Positions 9,537 through 18,338 of a stretch of 31,006 nt of DNA are shown here, piece by piece. The stretch lies in IMG/VR virus record IMGVR_UViG_3300028008_000067, positions 1-31,006 of that record; one strand, 5' to 3'. Position numbers and translations under genes: made by a program. Source of the stretch: a virus (taxonomy: Duplodnaviria; Caudoviricetes). The notes below the pieces were generated by a model that saw only the letters and a program-made list of their open reading frames with translations, did no database searches and was not told the origin of the DNA. Each line of letters begins with the position of its first letter. Positions within the stretch are counted from its first letter, which is position 1.

Positions 9537-9876
9537 GATATGGGGACAAACAGAACTCATTCATGCTAATGGAGTTCTTGAGTTTCATAGAATAGAATTT
9601 AAAGCAGGTTATAAATGTAGTGAACACGAGCATGAATTTAAATGGAACGGATTCTTTGTAGAATCAGGTAAGATGATAGTTCGTGTATGGCAAAGTGAAG
9701 ACCAACAAGGATTAGTAGACGAAACTATTCTTAAAGCAGGAGATTTTACACAGGTTAAGCCAGGAATGGTACATCAATTTGAAGGTGTAGAAGATGGTGT
9801 AGCTTTTGAACTATATTGGGCTGAATTTAATCACAGTGATATTAAAAGACGTACGGTGGGCTCTAAATTAAAATGA
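9523..9876 (+). CDS. Cupin-domain protein (sugar isomerase-like)
   Basis: KIWG, SEHEHEFKWNGFFVESG, PGMVHQF; AGGAG 9512-9516 favours ATG 9523. Confidence 0.75.
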   Translation: MKAGKIWGQTELIHANGVLEFHRIEFKAGYKCSEHEHEFKWNGFFVESGKMIVRVWQSEDQQGLVDETILKAGDFTQVKPGMVHQFEGVEDGVAFELYWAEFNHSDIKRRTVGSKLK

Positions 9877-10577
9877 TAAATGTAGCTTGTGTTTGGATAC
9901 CACCAAAATACAGTATGTCTTATGTAGATAAACTTTACAATAGTGTAAAAAGAAACCTAACACAGAATTTTAATTTTTATTGTTTAACAACACACCCACA
10001 AGACGTTAATAATCCTAATGTAATACCTATTAGTATACCTATTGATGAACAATTAGAAAAAGGTAAAAACAAATGGTGGTATAAGGCTCATTTATTCAAA
10101 GAACATAATTGGGAAGGACAAATCTTATATTTAGATTTAGACACAGTCGTTGTTAACAATTTAGATAAGTTTTTTAACCATAGACCTACCGAATTCAATA
10201 TATGCCAAGATTTTAATCGACACGGAATGCCTAAATACTATGTAAGTAATAGTAGTGTAATGAAGTTTCAAGCAAACAATTATACTAAATTTTATCAAGA
10301 CTTTATTGAAAATAAGACTAATATTGTTAACAAATTTAAGGGAGATCAAGATTGGTTAACTAGAATCTTAGAAGATAATAAATCATGGTGGCCTAAAGAA
10401 TGGGCTATGAGTTATAAATGGGAAGTCCTCAACGGAGGATTAAAACATATGGGCACAAAAGAATATCTTTCTAATGAAACAATAGTAAATCCTGAAACAA
10501 GTATTTTAGTATTTCATGGCAACCCAAATCCTGGTGATATTGCCGACGATCCAATTATAAAAGAACACTGGTTATGA
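9873..10577 (+). CDS. GT-A glycosyltransferase (GT8-like)
   Basis: KY...YV.KL, WWYK, YLDLDTVV (DxD), NSSVM, GDQDW, ILVFHGNPNP. Confidence 0.8.
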   Translation: MINVACVWIPPKYSMSYVDKLYNSVKRNLTQNFNFYCLTTHPQDVNNPNVIPISIPIDEQLEKGKNKWWYKAHLFKEHNWEGQILYLDLDTVVVNNLDKFFNHRPTEFNICQDFNRHGMPKYYVSNSSVMKFQANNYTKFYQDFIENKTNIVNKFKGDQDWLTRILEDNKSWWPKEWAMSYKWEVLNGGLKHMGTKEYLSNETIVNPETSILVFHGNPNPGDIADDPIIKEHWL

Positions 10578-11407
10578 TAACAAAGAAAAAATGTAGACAC
10601 GGTAATTTTACTTTTTTTGATAATGATATTATCATTGGAAAAAGTATGGCAGTATATGGCGAGTACTGTGAATGGGAGATTATGTGTTTAGATCATATTA
10701 TTGAATCCGATTGGCATATAGCTGATATAGGTGCTAACATAGGAACACATACTATACCATTTACTAGATTTGCTCACAAAGGTCATGTACATTGTTTTGA
10801 GCCTAACGAAACAACTAGAAATTTATTAGAAAGAAACTTATTAGATAACAAAGTTACTAATGCTACTGTTTTCCCTTATGCTTTAAGTAGAAGTGCTGGA
10901 GAAAAATATTTGAGTAATTATAATCCACAAAAGCCAGGAAATTACGGTGAATCAAGTTTAAATTCTAGTAGCGAATATATGTCTTTAGTTCCTACTATGA
11001 GATTAGATCAAATACAGTTTGAAAGATTAGATTTAATTAAGTGTGATGTAGAAGGCGAAGAACTTGAAGTATTTAAAGGAGCCAAACATACACTAGCAAA
11101 ACACTTGCCTTCTTGTTTTGTAGAATGTAATACAGAAACTCATTTAGCACCTCTATGGGATAGATTTACAAAACTAGGATATCATAAATTTTATTGGTGC
11201 CCTGTTAGAAATTATAACCCAGACAATTACAATAATTACGAAAAGAATATATTTGGTACTAGTGGTGTTATTAACATACTAATTCTATCGCCTAAATTAA
11301 AAGTAAAATTTGATTACTTAGAACCAGTTACAGACAGAGAAGATACTTATAAGAAAATGTATGATAGAGTATCAACAGATCAAATCAACAAAAATAAATT
11401 AATTTAA
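10574..11407 (+). CDS. FkbM-family methyltransferase
   Basis: YGEY, DIGANIGTHT, FEP, LDLIKCDVEGEE. Confidence 0.9.
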   Translation: MITKKKCRHGNFTFFDNDIIIGKSMAVYGEYCEWEIMCLDHIIESDWHIADIGANIGTHTIPFTRFAHKGHVHCFEPNETTRNLLERNLLDNKVTNATVFPYALSRSAGEKYLSNYNPQKPGNYGESSLNSSSEYMSLVPTMRLDQIQFERLDLIKCDVEGEELEVFKGAKHTLAKHLPSCFVECNTETHLAPLWDRFTKLGYHKFYWCPVRNYNPDNYNNYEKNIFGTSGVINILILSPKLKVKFDYLEPVTDREDTYKKMYDRVSTDQINKNKLI

Positions 11408-12537
11408 CTTTTCCAGTCTGACCCTGTCCAACCGTCTTCGTTATCTACTGGAATACTACCAGTAATAAAAGTTTGATTAGGTAGTTTACTTTTTAACGTG
11501 TCATATGTTGATAGGCATAAATTATGTCTTGCTTTTATATCGTAAAGTTTATTTTTATCACTAGCTGTAATAGAACCAATTGTAGCAGTATCAAAAATGT
11601 TACTCATCCAAAATAGTGTTGGCTTGTTTTCTAAAGAATTAAAGAGTATATCTTGCCCCATAGTGTCAGTAACTAAATTTAATGAAACCCATGAGATATT
11701 TCCCATAAGTTCGGCGTGTTGAAGTTGAGTCATTGTTTTAGTAATATTATCAACTCCTCCCCATTTATCACATTCTTCTTTCCACATTCTATCCCATTCC
11801 CTAGGACCAGCGCCTGGTCTACAACCTTCTGTACATTGTCCTGTTTGTACTAGAATACTTTTAGCAACTGAATGTTCTAATGCCCATTCATGTAACGGAG
11901 TATGACCGTCCCAATCTATTATCATTTCTTTAGCAAAAGAAATAGGCAAACTACTAACATCATAAAGTACTAGTCTTTTGTCCCAAGTCCAATTTAACTG
12001 ATATAGTAACCAAGCAAATTTTAAACCACTAGGTAATAGTACAAACTGATCAAAATCTCCTTTTGACTTAGCTTTTTTAATTTCTGATTCTCTATACTTT
12101 TCTGTATTAAACAAATGATGTACTAAAGTATAACCGCCTAAGCTCATAGTAAGTTTATTTCTTGTATAGTCGTCGGTTTGCCATTCGTTAGTAACACTTA
12201 ATACTTCGTTCCATTCTTTATTATCGAGAACAACTTCGTCGTTAGTATAATCAGTATAGTAGCTTGTAATAGTGCCACATGGACTTTTTACTTTTATTGC
12301 TTTTTTTAGATGTTGTTCTTTTAGTAAAAGCATTAACAAATCTTCACTAATGTTTTTGTTATTACCTGTAATATGAAAGTAGCCTTTAGTTTGACATTCA
12401 TTAATAGTCTTGTATATACGATCACCTAAGGCATAAGAAGATATTTTAGAAAAGAAGTTTGTATTATCGCTAAGATCTTGTTCTAAAACAATAGAATACT
12501 CATATCTCATTATATCAAAATAATCGTTATATAACAT
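11404..12537 (-). CDS. Hypothetical protein with C-terminal SAM-fold-like domain (paralog of 12527-13705)
   Basis: LLPSGLKFAW, LYDVS, WKEECDKWGG, ISWVSLNLVTD, FWMSNIF. Confidence 0.6.
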   Translation of the reverse strand: MLYNDYFDIMRYEYSIVLEQDLSDNTNFFSKISSYALGDRIYKTINECQTKGYFHITGNNKNISEDLLMLLLKEQHLKKAIKVKSPCGTITSYYTDYTNDEVVLDNKEWNEVLSVTNEWQTDDYTRNKLTMSLGGYTLVHHLFNTEKYRESEIKKAKSKGDFDQFVLLPSGLKFAWLLYQLNWTWDKRLVLYDVSSLPISFAKEMIIDWDGHTPLHEWALEHSVAKSILVQTGQCTEGCRPGAGPREWDRMWKEECDKWGGVDNITKTMTQLQHAELMGNISWVSLNLVTDTMGQDILFNSLENKPTLFWMSNIFDTATIGSITASDKNKLYDIKARHNLCLSTYDTLKSKLPNQTFITGSIPVDNEDGWTGSDWKS

Positions 12538-13705
12538 CTAAACTTTTAACCATTTCTATAACGCTGTTTTTGTACTGAGGGAATCTTCCAAATACAACAT
12601 CATCTTTGTTTAATCTTTTCTTAAATGTTTCGTACCAAACTAATTCGTTATCTTTACTTCCTGCTGACCACATACGACTAGCATAGCTAGTAAAAATATT
12701 ACTAATAAACCAATAAGATCTACCTTTAGTGTAAGTAGATAGTTTTTTAGCTAAGAAGTTATCTGAGATAACATTCATATTAACATATGAAATTTTTCCT
12801 AAAGCAGATGATTTTTGAAAATTATGGAAAAATTCTTTAAACAACTCCCAACCAACTTCAGGATCGTCGCTATGTTTTAAAGAAGCCCATCGTATCATTT
12901 CTTGTTCCCACAAATCTGTTAAGTGATTTCTGGTTGCTTCTATGTCGTTGCCTTCAATCCAACCAGAGTAAATGAATATTTCTTTAGCTAAAGGATTTTC
13001 TAAAATAAAATCAGTAAATGATTGATCCCAAGGAGACCATTTTTCTACTATGTTTCTTAAGTGTAATAGATTTGTACTACTAATGTCAAACAATGTTAAG
13101 TATTCTTCTTCTGGGTTCCATTTGTTTGCTGTTAATTGCCACGCCCACAGCCAACCTGAAGCAACCATAACATAATGATCAAACTTTTTGTTTTTTAGTT
13201 TATTAAAAGGATTGTAGTATTTTTCTGTATTAAAGGCAAACAAATTGTTAACCCATGGACTAACTTCTTCTTGAATTCTAAACGTTACTAGGTCTTTACA
13301 AAAGGGTCTATCTTGTGATGAAAGTTCTTCTAATGTTTTATCGGTAACACAATCTTCTAATAATTGGCCTAGTTTTAATAAATGAACGTTTCCTGTACTA
13401 ATAGCTTTTTCTTCTTGTTTATTTTTAATCAACATTTCAATAAACATTGTTTCGCTAAACTCAGCATCATTTTCTACGATAATAGCATAGTTACTTTTAA
13501 ATGCTAGTGCTTCTTCTAAGGTTTCAACTGTTGTAATATTATTAAGAACATTAGAAACAATTAAGCTATAAAAAGATGTTTGTTCGTTGGGATTTACTAA
13601 TATTAAGTCTACAGCAGATTCTAATATCCTTTGAGCATTAGGATAATCGTTGCCTTCTATTTTAAACTTATCAAAATCTTTGTTAGACTCAGAACTCAAC
13701 TTCAC
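12527..13705 (-). CDS. Hypothetical protein with C-terminal SAM-fold-like domain (paralog of 11404-12537)
   Basis: MVASGWLWAW, LFDIS, WEQEMIRWAS, ISYVNMNVISD, WFISNIF. Confidence 0.6.
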   Translation of the reverse strand: MKLSSESNKDFDKFKIEGNDYPNAQRILESAVDLILVNPNEQTSFYSLIVSNVLNNITTVETLEEALAFKSNYAIIVENDAEFSETMFIEMLIKNKQEEKAISTGNVHLLKLGQLLEDCVTDKTLEELSSQDRPFCKDLVTFRIQEEVSPWVNNLFAFNTEKYYNPFNKLKNKKFDHYVMVASGWLWAWQLTANKWNPEEEYLTLFDISSTNLLHLRNIVEKWSPWDQSFTDFILENPLAKEIFIYSGWIEGNDIEATRNHLTDLWEQEMIRWASLKHSDDPEVGWELFKEFFHNFQKSSALGKISYVNMNVISDNFLAKKLSTYTKGRSYWFISNIFTSYASRMWSAGSKDNELVWYETFKKRLNKDDVVFGRFPQYKNSVIEMVKSLDVI

Positions 13706-14411
13706 CGTCCTCTATATAATCATTCATATTTTCAATTAACCAATTGTGATTTTTCATATCTTCATCTGACTCGTAATAAACAAACTGTCTAAATGGATTA
13801 ATTCTTTCATCAAACATATGAACTTCATATCCTTGTAATAAAAATTTACTAATCCAATTCCATCCATAGAAAAGTTTACTATCTGGTTGTCTAGTTATCT
13901 CGCCAGCAGATTTTAAAATGCCATCGATATTAGTTACTTTTGGAAATACTTGATCACTTTCGGCGGTATCTCGTCTGTTACCAAAAAATAGTCTTCCTGC
14001 TTTTTGAAAATGTTCTAAGTTTACAACTAATACATATGGCATAATCCCCCACCATCTATCTCCAGTGTCGTCACTTTTATGTACATAATGACACAGTACA
14101 CTACAGTTAGGATTTTTTTCCATGTAGTTCATAGCTCTAATTGTAAACTCTCGTGCTATTACACTACCTGGTGTTTGTATAATAGCAAATTTAGAATCTG
14201 ATTTATGTAGAGATTTCATTACACCTAATTCTACTACAGGTCCAGTATATTCAAAAGCAAACATATCTTTTAGCTCTTCATGGTTTGCTGTAGTAAGTGT
14301 AGATGCTAAAGTTCCAGCATTTTCTAGTGTATCTACTTTTTCATCTAAGAATTTTTTATAATCCCAATGTATTAGTGATACTTGATTTTTTATAAAACTC
14401 CAACTAATCAT
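13689..14411 (-). CDS. Hypothetical protein, possibly GT-A-like
   Basis: Start abuts upstream stop; AIIQTPG, LVVNL and GWNWIS..L..GY.V..F pattern resembling GT-A strands/helices. Confidence 0.5.
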   Translation of the reverse strand: MISWSFIKNQVSLIHWDYKKFLDEKVDTLENAGTLASTLTTANHEELKDMFAFEYTGPVVELGVMKSLHKSDSKFAIIQTPGSVIAREFTIRAMNYMEKNPNCSVLCHYVHKSDDTGDRWWGIMPYVLVVNLEHFQKAGRLFFGNRRDTAESDQVFPKVTNIDGILKSAGEITRQPDSKLFYGWNWISKFLLQGYEVHMFDERINPFRQFVYYESDEDMKNHNWLIENMNDYIEDGEVEF

Positions 14412-15173
14412 TTACGTCCTCTGTTTAAATTTACCCCACCATTGACGTCTAAAACTATTAGCAGTAATGTCTGCCCAATATTGTTCGTCTGGTGTTCCAC
14501 TAGCAATCATATGATACCTTGTTTCGTTACTCATATTAACAACAGTATGATAGTGATTATTACCAAACAACCACATACATCCATCTGTTACAGGAATATT
14601 ACCCCATTGACCCATATGGAAGTAACACTTGTCGGGATTTGTTAAACTAATATTAACAACACCTAAATCAAATGTAGGATCCTCTCCATCTGGTACATCA
14701 TTATGCCAGCGAATAACTCCGCCAGGACGTAGTATCATAAATCTAATTCTGTTATATCTTTTATAGTGGAAATCATTTTTAAAGAAGTTTGTTGTAACAG
14801 GACATTCATCTGCTATCTCTGTCCACTTTAATGCTCCGGCGGCTCTTGCTTCATTGTAATTAGCATAACCATATTCTTCGGGTGGTAACGTGGAATCAGA
14901 ACTTAAACCATAAAGTGCTACAGCAGACCAACCTTGGTTACTACCGTCATTGTATGTTGGTATTAATCCTTTTTCATCTAGTACTTTTGCTTCTTCGGCC
15001 ATTTCTTCATAAGGCCATGTAGGAAAGTCTAACATAAGCCAAGGTAAGCCAAATCCAAAATGTTCTTTCTTTGGGTGACTGTTATCTCTTATCCAATCGT
15101 ATGTATCTTGGTTATTTAAGGGGTCAATGCCAAAGTCTCCTGGCATGGGAATTTGCTTTCCGTTTATATCCAT
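14412..15173 (-). CDS. Aspartyl/asparaginyl beta-hydroxylase-like 2OG-Fe(II) oxygenase
   Basis: RIRFMIL.PGG.I.WHND (HxD), HTVVN..NETRYHMI; true start ATG 15173 (MDING) with AAAGGA RBS and GATAAATA box upstream. Confidence 0.8.
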   Translation of the reverse strand: MDINGKQIPMPGDFGIDPLNNQDTYDWIRDNSHPKKEHFGFGLPWLMLDFPTWPYEEMAEEAKVLDEKGLIPTYNDGSNQGWSAVALYGLSSDSTLPPEEYGYANYNEARAAGALKWTEIADECPVTTNFFKNDFHYKRYNRIRFMILRPGGVIRWHNDVPDGEDPTFDLGVVNISLTNPDKCYFHMGQWGNIPVTDGCMWLFGNNHYHTVVNMSNETRYHMIASGTPDEQYWADITANSFRRQWWGKFKQRT

Positions 15174-15192
15174 GTGGTGATTTCCTTTACAA

Positions 15193-15200
15193 TATTTATC
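15193..15200 (-). promoter_or_regulatory. T4-late-like promoter GATAAATA for the minus-strand four-gene operon
   Basis: TATTTATC on + strand, 20 nt upstream of ATG 15173. Confidence 0.55.
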
Positions 15201-15231
15201 TGGGTATATAATGGGTGAGTGTATTATTGGC

Positions 15232-15260
15232 TTGACACAACTTACAGTTTGTGTTACAAT
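15232..15260 (+). promoter_or_regulatory. Sigma70-type promoter for mtnN
   Basis: TTGACA-17 nt-TACAAT with TGn extended -10. Confidence 0.75.
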
Positions 15261-15288
15261 AACAAAGTTATTTATAAGGAGATACAAA

Positions 15289-15873
15289 TTGACCACATTA
15301 TTAGCTGTAGCATTACAGGATGAATACCCAAACACTAATATACCTACTGGGTTTGATATAGTATATACTGGCGTTGGAAAAATTAATGCCACATACGAGC
15401 TAACTAAAAAACTTATGCTGAGTGATGACGAAATGCCAAAACAAGTAATTAACTTTGGAACAGCAGGATCAGTAAATGGAAAGCATACAGGACTAGTAGA
15501 AGTAGACATTATTTTACAACGTGATATGATAGCTGAGCCACTAGAACCACGTGGCATTACACCATATCAAGAAGCCAGCGGAGTAGATCATGCTATTGTA
15601 TTACATTCAAATACTAACATAACTTTAGGCACAGGAGATAACTTTGTAAGTGAAGATGACCCGTGGTTTGAGTATGCTAATGTAGATCTAGTAGATATGG
15701 AAGCCTATGCTTTAGCCGTTGTATGTGCTAAAATGGGTGTAAAATTTCGTTGTTTTAAATATATTTCGGATAGTGCTAACAAAGAAGCCAAAAACGATTG
15801 GGAATCATCACTCAAAATAGCCAAAAATGACTTCCAAAAATTGCTTGAGGAGGAAAATAATTTAAAAACCTAA
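15289..15873 (+). CDS. mtnN: 5'-methylthioadenosine/S-adenosylhomocysteine nucleosidase (MtnN/Pfs family)
   Basis: VALQDE, TGVGKINA, VINFGTAG, GTGDNFV, VDMEAY, KYISD; TTG start 15289 after AGGAG 15277-15281. Confidence 0.8.
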   Translation: MTTLLAVALQDEYPNTNIPTGFDIVYTGVGKINATYELTKKLMLSDDEMPKQVINFGTAGSVNGKHTGLVEVDIILQRDMIAEPLEPRGITPYQEASGVDHAIVLHSNTNITLGTGDNFVSEDDPWFEYANVDLVDMEAYALAVVCAKMGVKFRCFKYISDSANKEAKNDWESSLKIAKNDFQKLLEEENNLKT

Positions 15874-15876
15874 TAA

Positions 15877-15889
15877 AATCAATGGTTTA
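15877..15889 (+). promoter_or_regulatory. IHF-consensus-like site
   Basis: AATCAATGGTTTA matches WATCAANNNNTTR exactly; ends 26 nt before the -35 at 15916. Confidence 0.4.
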
Positions 15890-15912
15890 TAAGCAAAAAA
15901 AATATGCTAAAA

Positions 15913-15943
15913 TGGTTGACAGCAAACCTAAAGATGCTATAAT
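15913..15943 (+). promoter_or_regulatory. Sigma70-type early promoter (TGGTTGAC-N9-AAAGATGCTATAAT)
   Basis: TTGACA 15916-15921, 16-nt spacer, TGC-TATAAT 15938-15943, A-tract upstream; AAGGAG RBS before 15993. Confidence 0.8.
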
Positions 15944-15992
15944 AGTATATGTAAGTTAGAAAAACAATAGACAATGAAAAAGGAGTAACTAT

Positions 15993-17033
15993 ATGTCATA
16001 TGTTAATATCAAGAAAGGTTCTTACAGAAACAAACCTGTTGAGAACATCATTTTTCCACTCATTAAGAACATGACTTCAGGTAAGAAGGGTATGTTCCTT
16101 ACTGTTGATGGTTCAAAAGTATTTGGTCCTGATTTTAATAAAATTAGGGTTACAGTTAAGCCAAGTGGTTTTGAGTTTATCGAAGATGAGCAGGATTATT
16201 TTAAACAATGTGATTCTTTAGGACACGGCGATACAGATGATGGATCACCTAGTTCACAAGAAGATGATGAGAAACGAATTAAAGAAATTGATGAACGTTT
16301 CGAAATTTTAAATGAAATGTCAGCAAGTCTTAAAAATGGCGACATTCGTGCTTTGATTGTTACAGGCCCTCCGGGGGTTGGTAAATCATATGGTGTTGAA
16401 CAAACACTAGACGATCACAGCCTATTTGATGACTTGGCTAGTAGCAAAAGAAAGTATGAAGTAGTTAAAGGTGCTATGACGGCCTTAGGACTTTATGCTA
16501 AACTTTATGAGTATAGTGATCCAGGTAACGTAGTTGTATTTGATGACTGTGACTCTGTATTACTAGATGACTTGGCTTTAAACATTTTAAAGGCCGCTTT
16601 AGATAGTGGTAAGAAACGTAAACTAATGTGGAGTGCCGATAGTGCTAAACTAAGAGCAGAAGGTATCCCAAATGAGTTTGAATTTAAAGGTTCAGCTTGT
16701 TTTATTACAAACATTAAGTTTGAAAATGTTAAGTCTAAGAAACTACAAGATCACCTAGAGGCACTTATGTCAAGATGTCACTATTTAGATCTTACTCTTG
16801 ATACAATGAGAGACAAGTATCTTAGAATTAAACAAATTGCTGACAAAGGTGATTTGTTTGAAGGATACGGTTTTAGCAAAGAAGACGAAGATGAGATTCT
16901 TAACTTTGTTTATGAGAACCGAAATAGACTTCGAGAGATGAGTTTAAGGACAGCTCTTAAAGTAGGTGACCTTAAAAAGATCTCTGAGAAGTGGCAGAGC
17001 CTAGCTGTATCGACCTGTATGAAACGGGTATAG
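15993..17033 (+). CDS. AAA+ ATPase (phage family)
   Basis: Walker A GPPGVGKS, Walker B VVVFDDCD, sensor ITN, Arg finger ALMSRC. Confidence 0.85.
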   Translation: MSYVNIKKGSYRNKPVENIIFPLIKNMTSGKKGMFLTVDGSKVFGPDFNKIRVTVKPSGFEFIEDEQDYFKQCDSLGHGDTDDGSPSSQEDDEKRIKEIDERFEILNEMSASLKNGDIRALIVTGPPGVGKSYGVEQTLDDHSLFDDLASSKRKYEVVKGAMTALGLYAKLYEYSDPGNVVVFDDCDSVLLDDLALNILKAALDSGKKRKLMWSADSAKLRAEGIPNEFEFKGSACFITNIKFENVKSKKLQDHLEALMSRCHYLDLTLDTMRDKYLRIKQIADKGDLFEGYGFSKEDEDEILNFVYENRNRLREMSLRTALKVGDLKKISEKWQSLAVSTCMKRV

Positions 17034-17055
17034 TTGCTCCTTACTAGGCACACTT

Positions 17056-17090
17056 GGGGGAGTTCTTCCACAAAGGACTTCCCCTTTTTT
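17056..17090 (+). terminator. Intrinsic terminator
   Basis: GGGGGAGTTCTT-CCACA-AAGGACTTCCCC 12-bp stem (2 G-U) followed by T6. Confidence 0.85.
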
Positions 17091-17108
17091 AATAATAAAG
17101 GTTAGATT

Positions 17109-18338
17109 ATGAGTTTGAAGTTACCATCAAATATAGAATACTGTATAGAGATAATGGCAGGGTTTACTGAGCCTCCTGTTGTACCTAAAGTAAAAGGTAT
17201 TCGTATAGGTTCGTATATTAAACTAGCAAGATACGATGTTAACTTTGTTAATAATGTAAGTTCGTTTATTGCTAATAATCAAGGTATGACAAGCAGGCAA
17301 CGTGAACTAGCAGTTAAATTAACAGACAAATACCGTAAGCAATTTAGACGTGTGGGAATTGATGTAACACAAATTGCTAAAGAACCAATTTTTAGTCAAC
17401 CAGAAAGACAAGTAGACCGTACAAAAAAGATGACAATGGATGAAGATTTTATCTATTTGAAGTTTCCATATAATCAAGACTTGATTAAAGATGTAAATAC
17501 TTTTTTACGTGATGAAAAATTATACCATAACGGAACCTCTAGATGGGTGCCAGAAGAAAAGCTATGGTACATTAATAATAACGAAAGTAATTTTGTTATA
17601 TTATATAACTGGTCACATAATAACGGGTTTGAGAAATCTAAAGAAGTAGAACAATATTCAAAAGACATTAGAAAAATTTTAGATAATAAGTTAGATTATA
17701 TTCCTTATGCTAGGGTTACACAGTCGACAGACTTATGTAATGACTCGTTTTTAACTCTAGTTAATGCTCCGCCTAGTTTACAGGAGTATTGGGATAAGAA
17801 TGTAAGAGGACAATCAGTTTTAGGACAAATTAGAAGTTGTGGATTATTGGCAATAACACTTGACAATGAAGTTTTAACCAAGTATAATTTTAGTATAGTA
17901 GAAAAAGCAGTATTAGAAAATAATCATGTTAGTTTAAATTATGATTGTGGAACTATAATTTTTGCTTGTCTTAATTTAGGATATGAGAAAATAGCAGTAG
18001 GATTATCAAGTCATTCTCAGTCTAATGTTAAAGAAGTAGAAAAGATAGTAAGGCTTTATAAAGAAAAGTTTGGTTCTGCTAAAGGCTTATGTGTTAGTGG
18101 AAAGTCAAAAGCATTTGATGACATAGGAGATGATGTTATTGAAACACCAGATAAAGATACTAGAGTTTTAATAACTGATAGAATGAGTAGGTTACATAAT
18201 ACAGACTGGAATTTTAATTCAGAAGTAACTATAGGACAAGGTATGTTTAGTAAAAGAAATGTATGGATGTCTAATAAAGTTATAGAAGTAAAACCACAGC
18301 CAGATGAAGATACAGTAGATAGTGATGAATTATTTTAA
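17109..18338 (+). CDS. Hypothetical protein coupled to the UvsW-like helicase
   Basis: 409 aa; LKFPYNQDLI..W..EEKLW resembles a HARP-like motif; TAATG stop/start overlap with helicase. Confidence 0.6.
   Translation: MSLKLPSNIEYCIEIMAGFTEPPVVPKVKGIRIGSYIKLARYDVNFVNNVSSFIANNQGMTSRQRELAVKLTDKYRKQFRRVGIDVTQIAKEPIFSQPERQVDRTKKMTMDEDFIYLKFPYNQDLIKDVNTFLRDEKLYHNGTSRWVPEEKLWYINNNESNFVILYNWSHNNGFEKSKEVEQYSKDIRKILDNKLDYIPYARVTQSTDLCNDSFLTLVNAPPSLQEYWDKNVRGQSVLGQIRSCGLLAITLDNEVLTKYNFSIVEKAVLENNHVSLNYDCGTIIFACLNLGYEKIAVGLSSHSQSNVKEVEKIVRLYKEKFGSAKGLCVSGKSKAFDDIGDDVIETPDKDTRVLITDRMSRLHNTDWNFNSEVTIGQGMFSKRNVWMSNKVIEVKPQPDEDTVDSDELF

Noticed and set aside
15174-15557. N-terminal extension of the 381-aa minus ORF and of the 220-aa plus ORF (15211), implying a long bidirectional overlap
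   Set aside because: RBS and promoter evidence place starts at 15173 (-) and 15289 (+); the extensions are antisense or intergenic read-through.
17003-17035. G-U-rich hairpin over the AAA ATPase stop codon
   Set aside because: Weak pairing inside coding sequence; the adjacent terminator explains the region.
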